A DNA stretch of 62,900 bases, filler included, from Albugo candida (GCA_040437565.1; 49 parts of 49 records of this genome joined end to end with filler, not necessarily neighbours in it); one strand, 5' to 3'. Counted from the whole stretch's first letter, positions 44,582-58,006 are shown. Program-made: numbers and translations. Notes: generated by a model from the letters alone, not told the origin.

Positions 44582-45235
44582 TATACACCTTTTAGTTCAT
44601 GACATGTTGTTCTACTAGGACGTTTAACAATAGGATCCTCATCTTTGTTTCCAGCAGTTTCATTTCCGTCTCCCTTGCTCTTCTCCTCTACGATCACAAC
44701 ATCATCATTTGCATTATCACTTTTAGTGTCCTCTTTGTATTTGTAAAAAAAGTTAATCCGTTATCTTTATATCGCTTATATTATCAATTATACCTGGTAC
44801 GTCACTATTTTTCTTTTTTGCTGCGCGATACTTGCCAAAATGCTTGCATCCCATTTTCAAATAATTTCTATCGCTTCTAATAGTTTCAAAAGAAATGTTT
44901 TTGCTTCTACTTATTTGCTGAATGTGTATCCTGGCCTCTTCTAAATCAATATAAGTTTTACCAATGGGGAATTCACTTTCAAAGAATTGCTTCAACTCGA
45001 TCAAATTTTTATTAGAAGCAACAGTTTCGGCAAAGGAGGGAATCGAACGGGTTGCTTCAATGCTTATCTCTTCTTCTTCTTCATCGCTAAGATCCCAATT
45101 GAAATCGTCCTTGTTGTTGTTCACAGGGTCCTCCAAACCTGAATCTCCAGCCAAGTGATCCTCAAAACCATCATTAACTTCATCATCCACCTCAATTTCT
45201 GAAAGTAATTCGCTCTCGTTCAATTCTTCACTCAT
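44582..45235 (-). pseudogene. 5' part of a MULE-type transposase (acidic N-terminus + FAR1-like DNA-binding domain)
   Basis: GKTYIDLEEARIHIQQISRSKNISFETIRSDRNYLKMGCKHFGKYR. Stop at 44753. GGTGCG/CGCACC hairpin at ~45293-45317. Confidence 0.65.
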
Positions 45236-45425
45236 TTTAAAACAGTTAATATTGAGATCTAATTCGGAAACGTCCGTAAGAAAAAAAAAAGCGGTGCGCC
45301 TGGAAATGGTACGCACCCTAAAACCNNNNNNNNNNNNNNNNNNNNNNNNNNNNNNNNNNNNNNNNNNNNTTAATTAATTAANNNNNNNNNNNNNNNNNNN
45401 NNNNNNNNNNNNNNNNNNNNNNNNN

Positions 45426-46374
45426 AAATATTTTTATAATTAAATACATGGAAAATGAAGTATATTCCTTCATTTCTTGTTGTTGACCACTTTGCATTTC
45501 AAGTGATCTACTCAATAATTCATCAAATAATTGAATACATAATTGACCATGTTGAAATCCAACTTGAGTTTGTTTGATTGTTCTTGGTGGAATATCTAAT
45601 GCTTGAATTTTACCATGTAATACATCAAGACAACTTTTGGGTAACTTGACTATATCAAATGCTTCTTTGGGTATTGTTTGTAATATAAGCATTGGACTCA
45701 GTCGAAGGAATAATACCTTGTGGTCATGAGTCCCTTTAGGAATTCTATATAGTTTATAAGTACTTGTCATTCTATGTAAATTCTGTGTGTGTGTGTGTGT
45801 ATATATACTTTACTTTGGTTGTGTCGTCATGACATGTAGACATTGTTCCATAACACACCATATTAGTGAATGATCTTTCATAAATGCATGTGACAAGTAT
45901 TTCCAAGCATCAATACATGTTGCTTCTGTGGGTAATCCATATGTCTTTTCAACCAATTGTCTTAATCCACTCTCTAACATTGGTTTATCTGCTTTACTAC
46001 TCCATAATTGAAAAGGAATAATCAAATGAGCACATATATCTTGTAATTCTAAAATGAAATTTTATTAGTCTTTACTCACTTAGTTTACTTGTATATATAT
46101 ATATATCTGCTTTACCATCTTTTCTATATTCTTTCATTGCTTTATTACTAATATGTTCATACTTGATCATATTTGCTGGATTTAATTTTTGCAACTCGTC
46201 CAGCTTAAGTACTCTAGGTGCTACAAATCCTTTCACAGTTTCTACATGCATGATCATTTCAATATAGAGTAAAATACTGTTACTTGCCCATGATGTATGT
46301 AATAATGCTTTTGATATAAGTGCAATATACGTCATTCTTTCTTGTTGATCTTTTGCTACTGTCATTGGCATCAA
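45426..46374 (-). CDS. Fungal multi-exon hypothetical gene, partial
   Basis: Three co-oriented ORFs separated by short GT..AG introns, one containing (AC)n. Confidence 0.55.
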
Positions 46375-46729
46375 TCTTTGTATTAACGTAGGTAAATCTA
46401 TTCAGTATTGTTAGTAAAAAGAAAACTAGAGTTTGACTAATATTAACGTACGAGTATATGACATGCATTGAATCAGTAATTCACACGCTTTATTGTTACT
46501 CTTGAGAAGTGGCAACAGATTTTTTAAAATCACATCCCTACAAAAAGATATAAGTATTCTAATAAGATTCTTTATATAAATATCCTCTTACANNNNNNNN
46601 NNNNNNNNNNNNNNNNNNNNNNNNNNNNNNNNNNNNTTAATTAATTAANNNNNNNNNNNNNNNNNNNNNNNNNNNNNNNNNNNNNNNNNNNNAAAAAATA
46701 TTACTCTATTTTATAATACTAATCAACAG

Positions 46730-47856
46730 ACATTTTATGACAGATGCTGAAGGTAGTGAACGCTACTGGAGTTACACGGATGGCTTCATCCCAATGATCA
46801 GGTCAATGACCAAAGACAACAGGCATTTCCTGTTGACTGAAGCTGGTCTTCATTTTAAAAGCCAAAAAATGATAGAACTTCGTAAGTTGTGTTGAAAGCA
46901 TATTGTAACAGAACAAAAAGTTTCACAATGACTAACTAAACCCCGATAGCCTATCAAATAAAAAAAAAATAGAAAAAACCAAAAAAAAAATAATAGAATT
47001 AACTAGTATCTTTCCTGAACAAAAAGTTGAAAACACTCTTCGTTTGTGGAAAGATATAGTTGATTCTATGTCTGTTCCAATAACAGATAAATACCTGAAA
47101 AACGCTGCAAACGATATAATCAATCGACAACCTGACGTTGATAATAAATACTACAGCTATATCAGTAATTGTGCCAAACTAATTGCTTTTGACGAAATCA
47201 ATACACAAAATAAAATAATGTAAGTAGTACATGGAAATACTTAACAAACGTGGAAATTAGTTTAACCCCATGTTTTGCCAGACCAAAAAAAAATAAAATC
47301 AGTTTAAGAAGAAGAAATAGTATCCTTACTGAGGTACTATTTTATGAAAATGAAATTGATCAAGCTTCAGCAAGACCAACCACCAACGATGATCGTAGAA
47401 TAGTTGATTTGCAATTAAATCTAAATATAGAAATTGCAAATATGTATCAAACACTATTCTACGATCATATTACAATGTTATTGATGAAGGAAATTATGCT
47501 CAATAAAACTGGTAAAAATGGTAAGTTTATTATACGCTGTAGGCACTAGCATCACTGTATTATTTACCACATTTGTCTTTGTTATATAAGGTACCAGAAA
47601 GGCAGCACGAATTTTTCAGGCTAGTGCCAATTTAAACGTTACTGCTAATTCCATTAAGACTGCTTTGGAATCGCATGTTGTTGAATGTAACTTTCGTAAG
47701 TTTAAATTTGATGCGATGGCACGCAACATTTATCCAACTGATTTATTATTATTTGTTATTTCAATTTAGCTCAACATCTCCAAAGAAAATACAATTTGTC
47801 ATCTGTAGCAAGAAGCATTCAAAAGCTTAGAGAATTTAATGAACAACAAAGAGTTA
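46730..47856 (+). mobile_element. KDZ (Kyakuja-Dileera-Zisupton) transposase, catalytic-Glu exon plus downstream exons
   Basis: Exon 46730-46881 (missed by the ORF track) reads MTDAEGSERYWSYTDGFIPMIRSMTKDNRHFLL, matching TDGEG.ER.WS....R.M....R. Confidence 0.75.
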
Positions 47857-47956
47857 NNNNNNNNNNNNNNNNNNNNNNNNNNNNNNNNNNNNNNNNNNNN
47901 TTAATTAATTAANNNNNNNNNNNNNNNNNNNNNNNNNNNNNNNNNNNNNNNNNNNN

Positions 47957-49063
47957 AGACTCTAAGTAATGTCGCCAGTGTATAAATGCGGCAATAATAG
48001 CTAACAATTCTTTATCGTACAGTTGATAATTGACCTCTGCTGCTAATAATTGACGTGAATAAAACGCTATGGGGTGTAGGACTCCTTCAGCATCCTCTTG
48101 ACTACACAATGCATTGAGGGTGAAGTCACTGGTATTGGTCTCAATAACACAAGAGAGTTTAGGATTGTAACGTCTTAGGATAGGACTTCTGGTGATGAGG
48201 TTTTTAAGTTCTATCGTTGAAAGACCGAAAGGAACATTACTATGATAATTAGCTGTTGATACTTGCTTGGACTCATTGTTGAGAGTGTTTTCAACAGTCA
48301 CTGATGCTACATAAACTGGTGTATTACTTATCGAGGTGATATTATGATGACTATCTACAAGTACTTTGTAAAAATTATCACAAGAATAGTTGTCACCAGA
48401 AAGGTAAGACAAATTTATTTCACATTTATCAGTTATGGGGGATTCAGGGGAATTGTCAAATGTGGAAAGTAAATCAGTGTGAGGAGAATCTAAATCAATA
48501 AGTACGGGGGAAGAGCTAATACTAATAGGGTTATTAATGACGTTGATATCTGTTTCTACTTCTTCATCTTCATTGTTGAGGATATTGTTGATGGTGTGAA
48601 CTTCCACAAATCGAGTTACATCTTCTTGTTGGGGTTCTTCAATTTCTTGATCAAAATCATAAACTTGGCTATAAGTAGGAGAAGCAGGACTTCCTTCTCT
48701 GCTTATACGCTTGCTTTTAGGTTGACACAACTCGGATTCTAGGTATTCTTGACGTTCACTCTTTTTAGTATCACAATAATGATGGAGACCTTGAGCAAAG
48801 AGTTCCACAGAAGGATGAGAATACGGAGCATAAAAAGGATAAATATCCGTAACTGGACTTGGAAGAGGAGTACTATCACAAGCACGCATCGATGAAGAAC
48901 GATCGTGAAGACAAGTCAAGCCTACCAAGCCTTCTCTCCAATGAATAACAGGATCATGACGAGACAACCAAGAATTACCTAAGATGATGGGAAAAGCTGC
49001 ATTGGGCAAGTGTCTAAACGAAATAGTCTCTTGATGATTTGTTCCAGAAACTTGTAACACCAT
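47957..49063 (-). pseudogene. Ty3/gypsy pol with protease end joined to RNase H; RT domain deleted
   Basis: IILGNSWLSRHDPVIHW...then PILRRYNPKLSCVIETNTSD...HPIAFYSRQL..AEVNY..YDKELLAI. No YxDD; the catalytic Asp of RNase H is Asn. Confidence 0.85.
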
Positions 49064-49219
49064 GAAAATAAAAATGTGTTAAAACCCTAAAAAAGCAAGC
49101 AAATATCTCCATATACAACNNNNNNNNNNNNNNNNNNNNNNNNNNNNNNNNNNNNNNNNNNNNTTAATTAATTAANNNNNNNNNNNNNNNNNNNNNNNNN
49201 NNNNNNNNNNNNNNNNNNN

Positions 49220-50379
49220 GATCGACAAATTCCATCGATCGCATGCTGTCAATAATCTTTCGACCTTGTTGTACAGAGATGTCCATGACGTAGCCGGGAT
49301 CAATATATCATCAATGTAAGATCGTCTGCCCAGCACTGACGGCGCTTGATCCGTTTCCGGCTCTCCTTCAGTAAACACATCCGTTAACTTAGGCTGATCT
49401 GTTACATTCACATCCTTATCCGCGCCGATCTTGAGATACCCATATAGAGCATTATCAATCAAACGCTGATAAATCTGTGGAGCGTTCTTCAGTCCAAAAG
49501 GCATCCGCAACCATTCAAACAGGCCCGACGGCGTGATGAAAGCAGAGATCGATCTTGCTCGTTCGGTCATCTCTACCACCCAAAATCCACTAGCCATGTC
49601 CAGCGAACAGTACCACATCGCTTTGTCCATATCTTGCAACAATTCACTGATAAGTGGCATAGGGTACACCATCAGCTGTGTTAGCTGATTAACCCGTCGA
49701 TAATCGATACACAGTCGGATATCTTCTCCATTTTTCTTGATTATCACAACTATTGGCGATGCCCATGGCGATGTCGAAGGTCGGATAATCTTGGCTGACA
49801 ACAAACCTTTTATCAGATCGGCCAACTTCTCACGAAACTTTGGCGCGACAGGTCGCACACGCTGGGCGATCGGCTTTGCTTCTCCCACATCAATGTCACA
49901 CACGGCGCCGCGTGCTGCAGGGGGTAATGCGTTTCCTTTCCCGATTAACAGGTGACGACTCTTCCATATCAGTTGTCGCAAATCCTCTTGATCCTCAGTC
50001 AAAGGCACTCCAGGATCGCCAACTTGGACATCGTCTATTGTTATCTCGGTTGTAGATACGGTTATCTCCGGCAGCACGGCCATGTGTTGTTCCACATCTT
50101 CCGCGAACAGTTCACCTCCCTCGTGGTAGTATGTCGATTCATCTGGTACATCCCTCTCCGTTACTTCGTCTTCGATCGTAACAACTTTTACGTCGTCGTC
50201 CAGTCGTGTAGCCTGGCTATGCACCTCCCGATCTTCTGTCTCGATCCCGTCTGGGTGACAGCTGGACTGTCCTTGTAACGGATCAGCTGTCTCCTGGTGG
50301 TCTTTCGCTATCGTAGTCTCCTTTGCGACCATGTCCTCTTCACCCGACGGTTCTGGCGTCTTCCGCAATACGTTGACTG
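49220..50379 (-). mobile_element. Oomycete-type Ty3/gypsy reverse transcriptase fragment
   Basis: SPWASPIV, RLCIDYRRVN, SLDMASGFW, WLRMPFGLKNAP, RSYIDD, with the insertion before YIDD that is usual in oomycete elements. Confidence 0.95.
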
Positions 50380-50481
50380 NNNNNNNNNNNNNNNNNNNNN
50401 NNNNNNNNNNNNNNNNNNNNNNNTTAATTAATTAANNNNNNNNNNNNNNNNNNNNNNNNNNNNNNNNNNNNNNNNNNNNAA

Positions 50482-51639
50482 GTAACAATAGAAGTATTAC
50501 AAGGTGGATACAAATCAACAACACCTTTTAACATTAAAACAGGAGTTTTACAAGGTTCAACCCTTTCTCCTCATCTGTACTCTATTTACATTAATTCACT
50601 ACCAAAAAAATTACGAGCTGCAGCTGGTGTTGATACAACAAAAATATTACATAATAATAACCTTTACTCACTCAATTCTCTTTTATTTGCAGATGATGTG
50701 GCCTGTATAGGTTCCCCAGAGGAAGTAAAAAATATGTTATTATTAGCCCAAGAACACTCATTAGAAAATGGATATAAATGGAACCCACTGAAAAGTGTAA
50801 TTTTATCCCCTGACACCACAAGCATATCAAGCACAATTGATTTTAACTATTATGACACAAACTATGAATTATATGGACAACAAATTATAAAGAAAAAATC
50901 ATGTCAATATTTGGGTATATTTTTTAACAATAAAGGTATAGACGATAATGAGATGGTAATGTATAATGCAACAAAAGGACAAAATGCTATGCAAATATTA
51001 CAACATATTGGTGCAAATAGTAGAGGATTTGATAAATTTCTATCTTTGAGATTTTACAAATCATTTATTAGACCAATTTTTGAATATGGATTATCAATTT
51101 TAGCAACAACAAAAAAAATATTTAAACAATTAGAAGATGCACAGGATAACAGTATTAGAATTATTTTTAATGGACACAAGTCATCATCAACACATGCAAT
51201 TAAACATATGAACAAAATACCTAATATGGAAGAACGATGGAAAATTTTACAAGCTAAAAATTTACAACGCTCTTTCCAACTACCTGAAGATTCACTCCTT
51301 AATATTATGATACAACAAACATTTACAACAAGAAATAATTATTTTAAACAATTACAAAAAAAGAATATAGTATGGCAATCACTCCCTTTACCGCCTGCTA
51401 ATTCAAGATCACTTCCAACATTCATTACAACAAAAATGCTCAAAGAAGCAATAGATAAATATTTATTTAATAATATGATACAAAAACAACATGAACAACT
51501 GTATGTAGGTATGTGTAGAACAACAATAGCCAATGATCCAATTATGTATCTACCTATGCATAATGTAGAAAGAAGCAGAATCATTAGATGGAGGATGGGT
51601 TGGCTACCTGGTAGACCTATTATTTGTAAAAATTGCCCT
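50482..51639 (+). mobile_element. Non-LTR retrotransposon RT (C-terminal half) and downstream region
   Basis: The frame is open from 50482: GVLQGSTLSPHLY, LLFADDVA, YLGI, FIRPIFEYG, RWRMGWLPG..CKNC. Confidence 0.92.
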
Positions 51640-51975
51640 NNNNNNNNNNNNNNNNNNNNNNNNNNNNNNNNNNNNNNNNNNNNTTAATTAATTAANNNNN
51701 NNNNNNNNNNNNNNNNNNNNNNNNNNNNNNNNNNNNNNNTTCAGTTCCTACATGAGTTAGCTAGGCTCATGTGGGAGTTATTTATAGTCGAGATAATATT
51801 ATTCAAAAATCATTTATGTTTCAATAAATTATTTTATTGAAACAGTGATAACTTGTGCAACAACTTCTATAGAATTAAAGTTTCCATCTGGATATATCAT
51901 CTTACATAACTTGTATGTTTTCTTTTATTACTTAAATATTATTCTGGTAGTGAACAATTTATATTAATTGTATGT

Positions 51976-52897
51976 GTGAACTACCCTCAAATACGACAAA
52001 TAGATCATGGTACAATGGTAGAGAGCTCTACTTCAAATACAACTAGTAAACCTCTGAGAATTTGGATCTTATTTGATGATGCAAATGTTGGAAAGAATGC
52101 TAGAAGATTGCAACAAAACTTGAGACGTTATATTGATGTTTTTAATGAACTTGCTATGATGGAGCCTCATACTATGAATGTCAATAGTCATTTTTATAAA
52201 TCCGGGATTACAGTAATGAGAACTCAATTCCTGATTTGTCCAGCTAAAGCTTTAACTATTCATAAGTCAAAAGGCGATAATTTTCCTCGTGTGGTAGCAT
52301 ACGATATAAATAAGTCACAAATTTTACGTTCATTGTTACATGTAGAATATTCAAGAACTACGTCTGATAGTGGACTTACTCTAGCATGTAAAGATAATGA
52401 ATTTAAAGCACCAGTTTTTCTATTCCAAGGTGTTTTTTTAAGAAACAAGCTTGAGAGTGAACCGTTAATTACTTTACAAACAACATTTGAACATTTAGTG
52501 GCGCATATAAGCTCTATTGATACTATTTCAAGTTCTGTCACATGTCACACAACGTACAAAGCTTTAGGGTTCATATCAACCAAATTGAAAAGGATCAAGC
52601 GTATTTACCCTCAGATGTTATTTTATTACGAGAAACATGGACTATTAATAACAATAAATATTACGATATTAATGGTTTTTGCAAAGCATTAATAATTGAT
52701 TCTTCCCGGAGTAAATGCTGGAGCAGTTGGATCTTGCTTCTATGTGAATGAGTCCACATTTAATCCAATAAGCATCCTGAACAATTTCAAAATGTTTTGT
52801 GAGGGAAGTAATTCTTTTAGCGCAGCTTTGATTAGTATACTTGGAAATATCTACTGCAGTGTTTATGTCTCTCGAAATTGCTTGGCTTCAGTCATCA
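51976..52897 (+). pseudogene. Helentron-like Pif1 helicase C-terminus followed by a frameshifted EEP endonuclease
   Basis: RTQFLICPAKALTIHKSKG and LHVEYSR (decayed motifs V/VI), then HNVQSF..H....DVILLRETW. Confidence 0.8.
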
Positions 52898-52997
52898 NNN
52901 NNNNNNNNNNNNNNNNNNNNNNNNNNNNNNNNNNNNNNNNNTTAATTAATTAANNNNNNNNNNNNNNNNNNNNNNNNNNNNNNNNNNNNNNNNNNNN

Positions 52998-54151
52998 CTC
53001 CTGATGTCGAACCAAGCTGGAAAGATTTATTTATTTATTTAGTTCAGCATAATCAACTTGATCCTAACTTACCTATTCCAGAAACAATGACTAATCATCT
53101 TCATAGTATTTACCCTGATCCAGGTCAGTCATCTACACGGCAAAATGGTATATATGATGCTATTAATGAACGTATTGAAAAATGGAATGATAATTGTCAT
53201 TGGGTTTTTGGTTCTGCGGGCACAGGAAAGTCGTTTTTATTAAAAAAATTCGCTCATTATTATCACTCACAGAATTATTGTATAGTAAAATTAGCGCCTA
53301 CTGGTGTGGCAGCTTATAATGTTCATGGAGAAACATTGGATCGATTCATGGGAATGACAAACGAAAGAAAAGAAATTAACAAATTAAATTTACTTCATCA
53401 TATCAAACTTTATAAAAAAACAATTTTTCTTGTCGATGAATTTTCCATGATTTCAAAAAATGTACTCCATGATATTTCTTCCGCTTTAATTCAAACCACA
53501 AAACGTAATCGATTATTCGGAGGAATTGCAATTATTTTCTTTGGTGATGTCGGTCAACTTTTACCTATACAAGCAAGCGAAGGATACATTTGGGAGTCTC
53601 CTATCTGGGCGCTTGGTAATCGTTACTATTTAAATCAAATCATGAGACAAATGAATGATGCACCTTTTCAAATAATTCTTCAAAAGATTCGTAGGGCAGA
53701 TTACGATGAGCAAGTGGTCCAATTCATAAATGATCGTATCACTCCAAAGAGAAGAATACCCATAAACTCCGTTCGCCTTTATGTCACTCGCGCTCTTGCT
53801 CAACAGGAAAATAAGAAAGCATTGGAAGAATTGACTACTGAACGTGAAATAGTATTTATTGCTCAAGATTATCCTCGTAATAACAGAATTGCTTGTCATG
53901 CATTAGATAGAGAAACTCGATTAGTTCAAACGTTAAAGGTCAAGAAAGGTATAACAATCATGATTACTCATAATTTGGATGTCGAGCATGGTTGGGCAAA
54001 TGGTGTCTTGGCAAAGGTAATTGATACTGATTGTGATAACATCCATCTTGAACACTTGGGTAACGGTCAAGAGCGATGTATACAACGTGTACAAGATCAT
54101 GTTGATGGTACTGTTTACTCTCGCAAACAATTTCCAATCGTAGTTTCAATG
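52998..54151 (+). CDS. Pif1-family (Helitron-type) DNA helicase, partial
   Basis: GSAGTGKS, LAPTGVAA, VDEFSMI, FGDVGQLLP, LNQIMRQ, NLDVEHGWANG, RKQFPI. Confidence 0.93.
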
Positions 54152-55503
54152 NNNNNNNNNNNNNNNNNNNNNNNNNNNNNNNNNNNNNNNNNNNNTTAAT
54201 TAATTAANNNNNNNNNNNNNNNNNNNNNNNNNNNNNNNNNNNNNNNNNNNNCTATTTTTTTTTTACATCTTTTCGTATTGAACACCTTACAATGATTATT
54301 TTCTGTAAATGTAATCTATTACAACATTACAGAATAGACCATGATGTTTTCTACCGTTTTCATCGACGTGGTTGTTGCTGTTGCCTCCTACATTAACTAG
54401 TGGTTATAAATATATACAGAAACTACAGAGTTTCCACGTCAAAACTTCTCAAAGCAAAAGTCCTGATCGTTCTAAGTAAGCACAAACATTTATCAGATTT
54501 TTTGTCGTGCGCCTTTTTTAAATAAGAAGACATGGGCGAGTAGTGTAACAGCAAGATGCGGTATGTACTACGTGTTTATTGTAATATATTTTAAAATATT
54601 ACAATAAGCGTTTTTATGTAATGTATGTATACCAGTACAAATGTTCAAAGTTGCCTTATAATATCATCATCCATAAATAATGGTACAAACATGACGCATC
54701 TGCTTCTGCTTTATACATACAGGAAACTTGTTGGAGTAATTTTAATCAGAAAATCCAATGCATGGTGAGCACTGCTGCATGTCTTTGGTATATACACTAG
54801 TGGTCATACATGCAGTAGATAGAAAGATCAAAGCAAGGCATTCTTACTCTATCAAGATTAGTGCGGCCTGATTAATTGTAATATTTGCATAAACATTTGT
54901 TCTCTGTATTTCTTTCTTATTATTACTATACAGCTAAATGTTTATAAGCGACATAAAAGAGAAGGATATGATGACACATTATCTTCATAAAGTCTACCCA
55001 GTTGACTTTTAAAACTAACAGCATATTATTTGTCTTCTCGTTATTATTGCATAATTATGTCGGAAGCGCTCAAGTACTCTTTTTTTATTCGATCTGTTGT
55101 TGTTGCATTCTTGTACAGCCTCGTAATATTTATTATCCTTGTCGAGTCCCATACAATGGTGAACAAAAGGCATACGAAAGGATTTTTTTTGTTTCGTGCT
55201 GCCTACTAAAAAACCAAAGAAAGTGACAATAACAACCTTATCTAAACAGCCGATCCATGGATGGGCAAAGTAACGGATTGGAAAAAATGCTGAACTTAGA
55301 GCCAAAGAGCTAATTGGAATCTTTGAGATTTTTTATAAAAAAAAAAAAAGTGAAAAATCAAATAGATGCAACTTTACAAAAACCGTTCTTCGCTTAATCA
55401 ACGNNNNNNNNNNNNNNNNNNNNNNNNNNNNNNNNNNNNNNNNNNNNTTAATTAATTAANNNNNNNNNNNNNNNNNNNNNNNNNNNNNNNNNNNNNNNNN
55501 NNN

Positions 55504-55991
55504 CCCCTCAGTCTGACATGATTGGCTAATTTTATGCTAAAAGATACCTGTGTAAGAAACAACATGATAGCACTGCCCGCTTCTTTTCGACGTAAACTAT
55601 TTTGCAATCACTCAGTTCAGTTAACGTTCGTGTTTTTTCGTGTAGCTCATTGTTGTTAGACTATTTCGCAGTTCACGCTCTGTTGATGACACAAAAATAT
55701 TCTATTCTGTACACTGAGTCATAAGATTTCACTATACGATGAACATGGAAAAATCATTGTTATTGTTATTTTTTTTAAAATATATATCACAAAATTTTTA
55801 TAATACAAAAAAACATCCTTGTGTACGGGTCATTTATGACATAAGAACCTTATGGTCTTTAAACTTGGTCTTAAAGATGGTTTCCGGGTGAGAGTGATAG
55901 CTTCTTTTGCAGTCAATACGGTTGAATTTTCAGTCTCGGTTATCAGCCAATCATATCGGTAAAAATGGGCCAATTATGTCAAACTGAGGGG
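55504..55991. repeat. Inverted-repeat-bounded segment (MITE/foldback-like)
   Basis: 55504-55532 CCCCTCAGTCTGACATGATTGGCTAATTT versus the reverse complement of 55963-55991, CCCCTCAGTTTGACATAATTGGCCCATTT (25/29 identical). Confidence 0.7.
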
Positions 55992-58006
55992 ACTTGACAA
56001 AACGCACTCATGTATCAATACAAAATCACGAAAATTTGCCAAACTTCAACCTCCTACTACTTCGTCCAAAATAAAGATACAAATCGTCGGGCTCCCCTAT
56101 AATCAAGCCAAGTCAATGTGCTTTCAGTATATGGAGAGCGTTTTGCTCTATATTAATCTTTACTGTATTAGTAGGAGTTCTTGTCCATGCAATTTATGGT
56201 CTGATTGTAAGTGTCTTGCACTATACGTTGAAGAAATGATCACAGCTAAAGCAAAAGTCTGAATACTCAAGTCAACGATGATGATGCTAAGATATTTGCC
56301 GCGTTCCATTGCGAGCGAGCTTCACAGTTAATATAATCGACAGCTCAAACGAGCATACGGCTAACGGCAGTGTGTAACTTTGATTTATCTTTTCTCCACA
56401 CTTCACCGAAGCTTTATCTCGGTTTATGTCATTCAAATGATCATACTACTCTTTACTTAGAATAAGTCGAAGATGAGCGCTGACATGCAAATTCAAAAAA
56501 GGCATATTCTTTTACAAAGGCTGATGCGATTGATTGTCAAGGATTTCATTACACTGTTTATCTGGTTTTTTAACTACCTTCCTTATCCTATCATGAGTCC
56601 CTGACCGTGTGAATATCACTTAAGTCTGACTTCAAACCTAGGGAGGCAGATATTTNNNNNNNNNNNNNNNNNNNNNNNNNNNNNNNNNNNNNNNNNNNNT
56701 TAATTAATTAANNNNNNNNNNNNNNNNNNNNNNNNNNNNNNNNNNNNNNNNNNNNAGGAGAGCATGAAGAAGAAGAGGAACAACAGGTAGTAATTTTGAT
56801 AGCACTCCTTTTGCTAAACGTTAGTTTTCCTAACTCTTTTTTTTTAAGACTATGATGAATGAAGGAGAAGAAGAATCTTCCTTTGCTTAGCTTTTTGATA
56901 TTTTATGTTTAGTTTAATAGTGCTATATATTGTTATTCTCCCCTCTCAAAATAAAAGTTATTTGAACGGTCTATAATTTTTTCTTTTTTTAGAGAACAGT
57001 ATTTTACTTCATATTATAAATCATAGCTGTTAATTATTGAAGAAGAGGTACACATAAGCTTGATTTATCATCTATTATCATCATCATTTTCTCATACATA
57101 AACAATTCCTGATCACTTTTATTTTAAACGTACAGTATTACTATTTGGATCAAATGCTTTTTGTTAAACTCTGTAACACCATGTGTAATTTATGGCAGAC
57201 AGCATCTCAGCTTTCTTTTTTTTTTTTTACCATCCTGGTATGAAACAACAATACGGCTTCAAGTGCGCATTATTGTTATTAATTCAAAGAAAAAGTAGAA
57301 CAAAGCAATACTATATTATGGAAATGATCTAGTATGGGTCTAGATTCAAATCGGCGTTCATCTTTTTTATGTAATTGGCGTGATCTGGGCAAAATTCTTC
57401 CTTCCTCAGGTAGAAGAATATGTTCTTTACATAAAAAGCATCAAGTAGATGATATGTGATTTTTTTTCGTAAAGTAAAACTATCTCTTCTTTTTTAACTC
57501 CTTTTTTTTTATATTATACTAAGCCTGGTCCTATGCAAATGGAAAAGTACAGGTTAAGAAGAAAGGCTTTCTTTCGAAAAAAAAAAAAGGCTGAATCATC
57601 ATCATTATCTATAAGGTAATAAGCGCTTCGAGAATGTTCGTCTTTTAAACGATAGCTTATCTAAATAATAATTTTACTTATTGCTACTCTAATTACGGCT
57701 GTTGAAAGAGGCGCTGGCATACATATGCGACGAAGGAGGATTTCTTCTTCATTATTGCTTCTTATAAAAATGAAAATATTTCAAGATTACAAATATATCC
57801 TTGCTTCCAGAACTCTGGATCAAAAGCTTTTTTCGCGGACCATCCGCACGCATAAAGATTGGACGCTCAGGAACTACTACTATTATTGCTTTATGCACAA
57901 TACAAGNNNNNNNNNNNNNNNNNNNNNNNNNNNNNNNNNNNNNNNNNNNNTTAATTAATTAANNNNNNNNNNNNNNNNNNNNNNNNNNNNNNNNNNNNNN
58001 NNNNNN

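Noticed and set aside
51740-54151. Adjacent helicase contigs as one gene
   Set aside because: Separated by a spacer, in the wrong domain order and from different families.
56756-56890. Acidic C-terminal exons (GEHEEEEEQQ / TMMNEGEEESSFA) as tubulin or EB1
   Set aside because: Probably a real gene end but too short to assign.
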